A stretch of DNA of 64,000 bases. Origin: Amphiscolops sp. MND2022 (lineage: Eukaryota). Below are positions 23,601-34,339 of this stretch, one piece after another. The stretch's first letter is position 1, and every line of letters begins with the position of its first letter. The stretch spans positions 48,610,001 through 48,674,000 of the forward strand of contig OZ076413.1 in the NCBI GenBank assembly GCA_964187785.1, written 5' to 3'. Below the pieces are notes generated by a model, which worked only from the letters and a program-made list of their open reading frames with translations, ran no database searches and was not told the origin of the DNA. Position numbers and translations under genes: made by a program.

Positions 23601-26520
23601 ATTATGTCCTCCATTTCAACTTTAGAATCACACACGTAGCAGGAACGCTCAACACGGCAGCAGATTTTTTATATAGGGTGGAACTTACAGCAACAGAAAA
23701 AGTCGAACTCACCATCCGGAAAGACATACAAACCCACCCCATACAAATAAAAATGCAATCAACCAATGTAGCGGAAGAAGAATAACAGTTCTTCTCACCC
23801 GTCGAAACAATCGAGACTGACAAAAAACACTAACCAGAAAAAAACGTGCCAAAGAACGAGCCCAATTTCAGGACCACACCCAAATCACAGCAACAATCCA
23901 AGAAGCCAACATGATACCCATCAACAAAACGTCTTACACACTAAGAGCCATCAAAGAGAACGCACCAATCAGAAACGAACAAGACGCAGACATCTTCCTG
24001 AAAACAATCAAAGGTAAACTATCAAACTAAGTACTTGATGAACACTTACTAAACACTAACCCAACAGCACAGAAGATACTCAAACACGAAAATCGAATAA
24101 TCATCAAAGACGGAGTATTAATGCGAAAATATTACGGAGATTGTGGCCAAATTAGTGTTCGGATAGTCTGGATGTATCCATACACTTATAGATGATTCAA
24201 TTTCAGGCGTTTTACTCAATAATAACTAATTAGCTCAAGTTTTAATTCATTTTCATGAATGCTTGGTAAAATTTATTAATTGTCTAATACGTTACTCACG
24301 TATACGAGATCTGTGAGAGTGCGTATCTGGTTCGCGTGTGACCGCAGCTTCTTTGTTTAATCCAGACTTTCGCACATTTACTTTCAGATATTTGGTTTGA
24401 TTCACTAATTTATTTGCGATGCCTCGTGCTGCTGTCCCGCCAACGTTACTTGTTGCTCAACTTACTGGTGGCAAATCTGTATGGAGTTATCTGTTGCTGT
24501 TTTCTTGGAGTATCAGAGGACACTGGAGATTGACGTGCTTGGCGAGTACAAGTCGAAGTTAGGAAAGATATTGAACAAGAATCCTGGATTTGAGTACCTT
24601 TTAAAGGTGGCACAAGTTTTGAGGGGTGAGAGCGTAGTAGATTTTGCAGATTCGCCATCTCTGGCCTTGAATTTGAAATTTGCCCCACTAGTTTCAGTGG
24701 ATATTAAACGCGTTTTTTCTTTGATGACACGGACATTGACACCTCAGAGGGAGAAGTTCACGGTGGAGCATCTGAAATGGGCTCTTGTTGCTGCTTGGAA
24801 CAAGATTTAACAAATTACTCATTTGTATTTAGAGCAATTTTTTACTCAATTCATAACTCAATTTTCACCATGTTTTTACTCAATATATAGCTCAAAAGAC
24901 GTTGTTTTTATACTCCAGAAAATCTGAACCCTACGCCAAATCACTCACCACCAAATGATACCACCAACACAAATCATTCCCGAACTACTAAAAATTTTAC
25001 ATGGAGCGACAGCAAAACACCCAGGAATTACAAAGAAGATACAAGAGTGCAGAGCGAAGTATTACCACCCAGGGTTGGCCAGACATATCAAAAAATGGGT
25101 AGCAGTTTGCCAAGAATGCATCAAATACAAACGAGTCAGTACACGACAAATACGCCCCAAAATGATCAACCCCACCGATTTCTCAATGGGACCCGAAGAC
25201 ATACTCGAGATTGATATACTGCCCAACTCACTGTGCTCAGCAGGATATCAACATATCATCACGATGATAGATGTATTCTCACGTTATCTCTTCGCATACC
25301 CAACGCAAAACATGACAGCACAAACAGTGGGAAAATGCATCATCGATGTCATGACGAGACACGCTTATCTCCCCACCACAAAAATTTCAGACAAGGGATC
25401 GCAATTCACAGCAGAGGTGGTACAAGAGATAACCAAGATCCTAGACATAGAAATCAGACACGCAACCACAAAACATGCGCAAACAATAGGCATTCTCGAA
25501 AGGACTCATGCCTCAATCAAAACTGCACTGAAAATCTCACCTGGAGAAAGGAAATCAACGTGGCTCAAATACGTACGAATCGTGGTCATGAATCACAAAA
25601 CAACATATCCTGATAGCATTGGTTGTGAACCATCAACTGTCTTCCATGGACGCATTCCCTACAATGCACTAGACCTTAAACTAGGGATTAAACCCCAATT
25701 GGCAACAACAATGTAACACAGAATTAGCAGACCAACTACAGAAACAGCTCAACCAGATGCAAAGCGTAGTCAAGGAGAACATAATGCTGTCATACATCAA
25801 ATACAAGACCTACTACGACAGAAAAACGGACGCAACCCCTTGAAGGTCAACGAATACTGCTACGTTGTTCTCAACCAAAAGATAACCAATCCACAAAATT
25901 CTTGTTCAACGAATGCATATGGACGGGTCCTTATGTAATAGTGAAAGTCCTCTCAAATTACAAGTACACAATACGCAAGCTGGGCACGAGATACACCTGG
26001 ACATTACAGAGAATACGCTTACGAATCTACAAGCCAGATCAATGCCTACCTGACGTCACAGTCAAGCAAACGGATTACCTACCTGATGCAGAAGAACTAG
26101 TACAACACAAGGAATGGTACGTCAAAGCTTGGGAGTCCAATTTTGAAGACCAAAACAAGAACACAACACCTACAGAACAAATAACCAAAAGCACACCACA
26201 TGTTCAAGAAATCAACCCAACCGACACTAACTGCGAAGCAGACGAAGACACAACGTCAACTCCGGATTTTTCCAACTTAACAACTGACGCACGTGATAAC
26301 CCTTTCATAACTAACCGCCCGCCCATAGAGGACTTAGACTACCAAAACGAATCATCCCCTATTTCAATAGGATATAATCCAAGAAATGTCGCAGAGTAAA
26401 ATTTAAGGCCAAATCCTACGCCTAAAACGAAACCTGACTTTCGACGACTAGACGCTATTGACATATCTCAAAAAATTAAAACAAGTATCAGAGTCCAGAC
26501 TGAACCAGCCCGACGATTTT
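20620..26520 (+). pseudogene. Gypsy pol (protease, RT, RNase H, integrase), disrupted
   Basis: RT motifs YASPIF..RKPNGKLRLLVDLR and QYVDDI. RNase H ADAS and VLTDN. Integrase HHCC (H...HPG...C..C) and D,D,E (EIDIL, SDKGSQF, LERTH). Multiple stops and frameshifts. Confidence 0.92.
24153..24933 (+). mobile_element. hAT-superfamily deletion derivative retaining the transposase C-terminus
   Basis: TIRs TAGTGTTCGGATAGTCTGGA / TAGGGTTCAGATTTTCTGGA and 8-bp TSD (G/C)GCCAAAT. ORF 24481-24810 has NPGF...KFAPLVSVDIKRVFS...R..F..EHL, a hAT dimerisation-type motif. Confidence 0.85.
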
Positions 26521-26659
26521 CAGTTATAAATAACTCTAATCAGAATCAATGTATAATAAAAATTCCATTCCAAACTTCAGAACAAACTAACCTATCCATA
26601 GTAAACATACAGTGCAACAATCAACAATAATAATAAAAGTCAATCAACTAGCAAGAAAG

Positions 26660-28382
26660 GTTATTTTGACGACTTAGAAACACTTTGCGACTTGGATCCA
26701 CTTTTCGGGCCACGCAGTCCTCTACCACGCTGACTAGAAGTGACAACACGTCTTGAAGAAGAACCTCCAGGACCAAACACTGATTTCACAAATGCTCCTC
26801 CATCATCTTTCAGGGATTGAGGCTTAGTAACGGACTAGGCAGACAGAACGAATGACGTAGCAACAGATGATTGGGCTCTCCCAAATTTAATATTTGGGGA
26901 AGCGACGAGAACCTGACGATTAGTGATATTAGCTGCTTTATAATGTGACTCAGCACTCTTCTCCTGATCCTGCAAATAAGAAGTGTAAGCAGCATCCAAT
27001 CGACGAAACAAACCAACGAAATCTCCAGTGCACACACCTTCCCGAGGATTAAAATCATCATTCTCCATGAAAGCATCAGCACCGATCAATGACTGTCGAA
27101 CCTAATCAATAGTCGTCGAAGAGAAAAACGACGACTGGTCGTAACTAGCAGAACTAACAAAATACTCCACACTTCTCAAACATGATGTCAGCAACCCAAG
27201 ACGAATAACACACTCGCTAAAATTGAAATCAATAAAGGCTGGGACGATATCTTGGTTTTCAACAAATAAACAGCACAACTGAAACACCCGCATATGGCAA
27301 TGCCGAGACTGGAAAGCATATTGGCGCATCAGACACGTCACTACATTTTTGACATCACTGGAAACAGCCCCCCGAAACACATGCCACTGCCGAGCTTCCA
27401 CCACGTAAGACAAGAACTCAGCCTTGCTCTCAGTAACTTCGCCTGACAATAAGAGTCCGCAGCGACCAAGACAGCCAACAAGTTTTGCAAATAAATCAAA
27501 TACGACGACGTCCTATCCGTCCCACCAAAAATGTCACTGTCATCAGCTCCTACAAAACAAAACACATAAAAAATGATGAAGCTGACGGGACTGACTTCCT
27601 AACTAACCATCAAAACGCTTCCCCTCAACTGACAATGAAGTTGACAGCGACGACACGCGAGAACGTCCTGGGGCGTTTTCAGAAAAGGCAACACAACGTC
27701 ATCGTCATCGCCATCAGTACCACTAGGCTGACCAGAGGCAAGTACTGTTAAACCTATTACCACCCTCAGTAATAAAACTCCGAAAAACACCAACAAAAGA
27801 TAAAACAAAAACAAAAACAACTTTCACAACGAAAAAAAAACAAAAAAAACTTACTACGTCCAGTCTTGCGTGTTTTGCCAGTAGTAGTAGGGAAGATCTG
27901 TTTATCCTGGTTAGTAATTTCTACGGAACGCTCCTTTGTGGTCGCACCTTCACTAAGTTCCTCTCCTTCCTCTTCCTCAGTTGCCTCCCTGCGGATGTCT
28001 GAATCTCCCAGGGGGATAAATCCTCGCGGGACAGAGTAGATTCATTACTTCCAGTTCTTGACGGAGTAGCATTGAGGGGAGCGCGTGGGGAGGAACAAGA
28101 GGTAGGCCCAGATACCATAGCAGGGACTGGAAAGAAAGAATTGAAAAGTCAAAATCGACTACCTAGTCAACACGTATAAGTAATTGACCTGATCAACCAA
28201 TGAAAATACGATGTTGGGGCTAGATGGAATTCTCAAAATAGAACTAACCAGGACAAATAGATAAATTGTTTTTCCCCCTCACTAAGGAAAATGTCGCCGT
28301 CAGAGAAACGGTATTGAGTCTCTTCTCCACTAGCCACATCATGCTGTTGTGGCATAAAAGAAGCAGACTGCTCCTTAGACAT
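26660..28382 (-). pseudogene. Antisense, intron-containing accessory gene of the Gypsy element (unknown function, frameshifted)
   Basis: Putative exons 28400-28249, 28126-27855, 27744-27608 and 27549-about 26660, bounded by polypyrimidine-AG acceptors and GTTAGT/GTAAGT donors. An upstream donor AG|GTGAGT lies at 29067. Confidence 0.6.
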
Positions 28383-29262
28383 CAAGACAAAACGTAAACT
28401 CTGAAAAGAAATCAACAGATGCTAAACAGTAAGAAAAAAGAGCCAACGTCAAGCTCACGTCAAAACAAACTGATGATGAATCAACGTCCAGGAAAATTTG
28501 TGGAAATTATCAATGAAATCAAAAGAAGGAAAAGAGAAAGGAACAACCAATCAAGTTCGAGGGTTAGCCCTAAAGAAACGGAGATAGTTATACTCTTTTC
28601 AGTATTATTGCAATAAAACAAACACTAGTACAGCAGCAACTCCCAACACTAAAATACAATGGAAGTTGTAGAACTATTTAATTTGATTTCCCCTTGCAAA
28701 TCTGAATCGAACATACAAACTACAGCTACTCCCGTGCGTAAAACGAAAGGAACAAGAAGGAAGCAAACATTAAACCTATCTTCTACCTCCCTCGACGTGG
28801 AAATCAGCGACGATGACGAGCTTAACTCGTCAAAAGAAATAGTACAAGAAAACTACAAGAGAAGGAAACTTGAAAGCGATAAAAACAGCTTCACATCCTT
28901 ACTGTCAGAAAAAGGCTACCCCCCCATCAAATCCTGAAAGTCCCTCTACTCAATCAGTATTCATAGTGGAAGGACAGGGAACTAATTCTTCGGACTACTA
29001 CGCAGAGGAAAGTGTAATAGACACTGGCCTGACAGCAGGAGAAGACTCCAACAAAAAAATTACTCACCTTATTTCATCACTCCACCAGGGCCACTAAAAC
29101 AAGTAGAAGTAAAAGTAACCACCTCACTAAACGACTTGATTAGCCCACAAATGTCAATATCGTCACGACGATCACAAAAAGAAGCAGTTTGCCAAGTTTC
29201 CAAACAGACGTCAATCGCTCGCCAGCCGATTTTGAGACAGTTTCGACCCATTACAGTGCCCC

Positions 29263-31408
29263 TGTCACAGTCCGCTTCAGGACTGGCAGGTTCTTGCTGA
29301 AGAGTACAATTTGTAAGAGGACATGGTCGTCTAATGTCAGCTAAGTAATGTTGGAGGTAAAACAATTTTAAATTATTAACAAAAGAATAGACTGTGACCA
29401 AAAGAAAACGCATTCATAGGGAGAAAACTAAGCAGCTTACTAAAGGAAAATAATATTAAACCATACTGATAACACGGTCATTTTCAACAACCACTGAATA
29501 CCGCACGTCGCAAACTTAATATTAGGAAATGAAACTCGAAACGCAACACTAAAACTAACAAGGCAAGTTCTCTGATAAACAAAACTGAATCCCAGTAGAA
29601 ATTCTACTCATTCACCACTTTGAGAATATGGATGCGACTTGAAATTTCAATGTTTCTATTAACAATAAAACACTTTTTGAGTAACGTCAAATAAACTACA
29701 GAGTTGCCGCAATTCATTAAGGTGCTTTCACCGACGCATTTATGCCATAAGTTACCCGCAATTGACACACTAAGTAAACAAGTAGCCTAATCAGCTTACT
29801 TGTGCTGATCATTGAATACCGTCGCGTCTACGTCACTCTCTCAATAAGAATGGAAGAATAGCTAACGTCGCTTTTACGTCACGCTCGTGCTGCTCATCCA
29901 ATAAGGATGGACTAGTAGCCTACGTCACAACTACGTCACTGTTGTACTTGCCAAAATACAACATGCTACGTCAACGTTACGTCAAATGAAATTGTATCCA
30001 CTAACAGGTTCCATCAAACGATGCGTACGCGTACTTCTGTATGATAACAAACTATTCCATAGGACTTTTTGAATCACTCCAAAAGTGCTCCGAAAGATTT
30101 ATTACATGTTGTTCGCAAAATAGTCAAGGTCACAGTTTATTGATAACTAATACTGCAAAACTCAATACCCCACCCAATTCTAATGATCCAAAAACCTAAG
30201 CATCGCTTTGAGGTTTATTAGATGTTGAATTAATGTTGTGTTGAATTTGTTAATCGTTGCATTGAACCTTTTTCTTGAGAGATTGACCTGTTAAAGGAAG
30301 ACGTCTCGTTAACGTTGCTATATCAGTGAAGTTTAAAATAAACTGAGTGTCATGCGTGCGTCAGATTAGTGTTTTGTTTTCCTGTAATTTCTATAATCTC
30401 AATCATCAATGAGTGTGTTAAAGTGCAAATCAACTTGTCGAAAAAGAAAACTTCATTTTCTCTTACTATCGAACAAATGGAAATAACAAATAAGAAAATC
30501 CTCCGTCATTTTTATGAGTACTTTCCTTCCACTGGTATTGACCATTTTGTTCACGCAACTTTAACGGTTCTAAATTTTCCCCGTCATCTCACGATTAAGT
30601 TGCGTTGTTTCAGTGGTAATGAAAAATCAAAATGAATCACTCTTCCGGTTTAGCTATTCTTTCCCGCAAAATATCATCCTTTTAAGGAACTTCTCGTATC
30701 CATGACAGGAAATTTGATGCGATCATGACGCTACTTGTGAAATGTTTCGAGATTGTGCGTTTTTTCACGGATGTGACGAGTCTCGGGCGTTCCATCAGGG
30801 ACGCCCGCAGGAACGAATGATGCTAGGAAGGTATATACATGTAGGAAAAAGAGTAGATTGCACTTAATCTTTCCACCTTTCCAGATTTTTTTTAAAAGTT
30901 TGCTCTAACTTTTGTATTACTGTCATTTGGATTTCTCGAAGTTTGTAATTGCAACTCTCAAAGATCTTTCAATTGATTAATTCTTGTTCAGCAAAATTTC
31001 GCGAAACTTGGTAAGGATTCATGTCTACCAGAAGCCAGAAGAGGAGAGCCGTGAGCCAGGAAGAAGAAGAATCAGAGTGTATGGATCAAGCCCCCCGAGC
31101 GTTTTCACTGATTTAAGGAGAGTTGTTGATAACGATCCATCCACGTCAGCAGATGAAAATGCGTCCCGAAACCTCAGTGAACTGGGGAACTTCAAATCTT
31201 TGTTAAGAAAAGAGATTACTGAAGAGATAAAAGTTTTTTTGTTCAATCTCAGAAGCAATCATACAAGCTCTTAGACCAGTGAATAGGGATGATACCGAGA
31301 CGATTATTTTAGACCCAGAAATTACCCCAGTTAGAATACGCTCTTCACCTAACAAGACTCTACGCTTTAACGACGTCGAAAATGCTGAACCCAGCTGTTC
31401 TCGTAACA
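29263..31408 (+). repeat. 3' LTR (2146 bp)
   Basis: TGTCACAGTCC...TCTCGTAACA, followed by TSD CAAAG. Confidence 0.92.
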
Positions 31409-31413
31409 CAAAG

Positions 31414-31950
31414 TACTCGGAAATTCTGTGGCAGGAGTCGATAGATAATGCGTTGTCACTAGAGGGAAAAGCGAAGATCCCAATGGTGTCGTGCGAACTC
31501 TCACCGATTCCACTTGACTTCTCACGACTAGATAAAGTTCTGTATATGAGTTTTATAATGAAAGTACAATGTACCATTTTCTATGGCAACGAAGTCTAGT
31601 AGAATTGCCCCTATGCCAATGTGAGGAAAATATTCAGACTGTAGAGCACATTTTATGTGATTTTCCAATGGTGGATGTAGAGGTGAAGCGTCAACTAGAT
31701 GAATTTAGCTGGAAGAGACTGGGTTACAGGCGTACAGACATTACAGTAGACCTTTTGAACTCTTCGAGGACCTCAGAACTAGCAAACTAAGCAAGACGAT
31801 TATAAGAAACCCCAAGCTCAAATTATGGCAGCAGAAAAAAAAAGAAACAAATCAGAAGTAGCTAGAGATCAGAAAGACCAATAGAATTTACAAAAAGAAC
31901 AAGCGCTCCGAAGAAAGCGCATCAGAGAAAATTCAGAGTACGGGTTTGTC
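31414..31950 (+). mobile_element. LINE ORF2 C-terminal fragment with CCHC knuckle (right half of the Gypsy target)
   Basis: LWQRSLVELPLCQCEENIQTVEHILCD. An inverted copy lies at about 34380-34665. Confidence 0.6.
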
Positions 31951-32189
31951 ATACTTTTTCAAAAGTGCTGGATGATTAAAACACGTACTGGTTCTCAAGA
32001 AATACAACAATTTTGGCGGACTGAAGCAATATTTCAACATAAAAAACCATATTGCGCAACGAGTTTTTCAGTAATTCTATTAACTTTTCCAGTTTATCTA
32101 TCTCTTTTCCAATAATGTCTGCCCGTAATTTCCGGCCGCGCGGTGAACCAAGAATGATCAGTTCAACTTTCTTTTCTGTTTCAACTCCA

Positions 32190-33916
32190 GGGCACGTTTT
32201 TGAAAAAAGATGCTAAAATGGTCGATCGGCGTTTTTCAGGGATGTCACCAAGGAAAAAAATCGCTTTTCCTGGGTTTAGTTTTGAGTCCCACCGTTTTTT
32301 CCGCTTCAATTTTTTTGAGGTCTTTCAAAACGGTTCTGCAATCATTGCCCAAATTTCCATCGTCTAGGTACCATAGGTTTATTTTCGACTCCAAACTGTC
32401 AATCAGATACTGAATGGAATCCGAGAATAAAGCTGGAGACTCCGGATATCCTTGCTGGTTCCCTTCAAAACCTTTGATTACTAACTCACCGTAAAAGAGG
32501 AAGCTTGGTCGACTGTGCGCCGAGTGTGAGATTTTATAAACTTCAGGGGTTATTTCAAACGTTATCTCTAGCACGAATTGTATCAAACAACGGAAAACAT
32601 GTGAGGCCAATTCAGCGCCCCTCTTGGTGCTTACACCTACTTGTTGACTTCCGTATCTTGCTTGACGTGATTCGAAGACATGGTATCCGGCACATTCGGC
32701 GGACGACCGGCGGAAATTAATGCCTACGACGAGAGGATAAAGTCCTCAAACGGACTTTTTTTAACGCAATTAGTTTTGCACCAAAGGATTACGACCGAAG
32801 TACGAAAAGTACTTTTCCTTCGAGAATCACATTCACAAGATTTGTTAAGTCTCTGAGAAGTCTCAGTCGTTTGCCCGTTCGACTTGGCAGTCAACTCTTT
32901 CAAAGCCTGGGGCGAAATGACATCCAAACATGTACTAGAGCCGTTGGGGAAGGACATGAGAGCCTTGTGGACGAATAATTCTGTGGGGTCCAGAACAGAG
33001 CAAGTTTTCATCTGCGAATGTTTCAACTTGAGGGCCGCGTAGTTGTCAACCGTGAAATTTGCAATCTTGTTTTTGCCTACTGCCATTCTGATTCTGGTCT
33101 TGACATTACCTTTGTCCAAATTAGTGCAAATGGAACGCAGTGTCTATCCAACTTGCTTTTCTGTCGCGTTTCGAATTTTTTTGCAATGACACCATCCCGA
33201 ATACGCTTGTTGATAACTGCACTGAGTGATAACCTCTGACGTTTACCTCCTCGAGTTGGTTTTTCCAGGCTTATAGAGGAGATCAATAAGCACCACAAGG
33301 CAATATTTGACGGAGTTTAACGAACATTATTTTTGGGTATCAAGTTTTCAGCTAGGCGGATCCGTGAACTTTCAGGAACTCTTTTCAAGTGAACAACGCC
33401 TGAATTGAAAAGGGTGTCTGGTCTAAAGTTGTCATCGCGACACTGAAAGTAAGTGCTCACTGAAGAGCACGTACAACATTTAAACTCGGCAAGGCTCTGG
33501 ACCTCCGTTCTCGATAAATTGGCACATTTTATGAACTCATCCGTTGCAACGCCTACAGTTTACCCAGTCTTTCAACACTGAGGTCTTCAGACACTTCAGA
33601 GAGTTGCAGGTTCGCGTTGTATTTCATTATTTCATCAAAACTCAACCTCGAGACCTAACCACTTGCATGAATTCCATATCTGGGTGTGTGCCGATCTCTC
33701 GAAAAAACAACCACCACAGTGGAGCAACCTATATATGAAAAAAACCTTGGATTGACAAAATGAAATATAAAAGGAATTATCTCACCGGGTTTTGTGACAG
33801 TTCTTTCAGCCCGAGAGCAGCGACAAACCAACAAAACAGCGTCAGAGAATTTTCCAGTTTCGTCAAATTCAAATTATTGCCATCTCTATTTAATAGGTTT
33901 ATCACAACAATTAGGC
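32190..33916 (-). mobile_element. CRE-clade non-LTR retrotransposon, 5' part and RT (decayed)
   Basis: Motifs KALMSFPNGSS..D.ISPQ.LK, GAKLIAL.K, GNQQGYPESPALFS and LWYLDDGNL. Begins with a 31-nt leader at 33916-33886. Confidence 0.8.
33886..33916 (-). other. Candidate spliced-leader exon sequence, copy 1
   Basis: GCCTAATTGTTGTGATAAACCTATTAAATAG; 29/31 identical to 48431-48461, with unrelated flanks. Confidence 0.65.
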
Positions 33917-34339
33917 TTGTGTGAATAAAAAGTTACAATTCAACTAATTGCGATCAATTAAATGATTGGAAGCCATTTTAAGCAGCAATCAATTCGAAAA
34001 TTCTAGTTTTTCAATTAAACTGCAATGTATGTTCCTTACAAAACATAGAAATAAAATTTGTCCTGAGCTGCTCTGTAACTGAATAAATGCGAGTGCTCCA
34101 AAACGCTTCACAGAAAGAAATTTGCCCATTGGTACTGTGCCTTCATATCAGAAGAGTTCTCCATGTTTCGTTATTCCATCGCCTACAGAAATCTTGAAGT
34201 GATGGAAACTTTGTATGAATAATTTGGGCAGAAAAGAGATGTTCTGATTAAATTTCTTGTTGGTAAAACAAAAAACGCTAGTTTGGAAGTACCTTATGAT
34301 AATGATGAGTTCTTTTACTGCCCACTGTGGGCATTTTAG

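Larger units (their letters stand above)
10906..31408 (+). mobile_element. Ty3/Gypsy LTR retrotransposon with long LTRs; decayed, internally rearranged, with nested insertions
   Basis: TG...CA termini and 5-bp TSD CAAAG (10901-10905, 31409-31413). PBS TGGTGACAGGAG (tRNA-Leu-like) is intact at 17801 and mutated at 15677. Domain order is gag (CCHC), protease, RT, RNase H, integrase. Confidence 0.93.

Noticed and set aside
26660..29260. env gene of the Gypsy element
   Set aside because: No sense-strand ORF with a signal peptide, furin site or transmembrane segment.
33886..33916. 31-mer as an SL RNA gene
   Set aside because: Neither copy is followed by a GT donor, stem-loops or an Sm site; both run straight into retroelement sequence.
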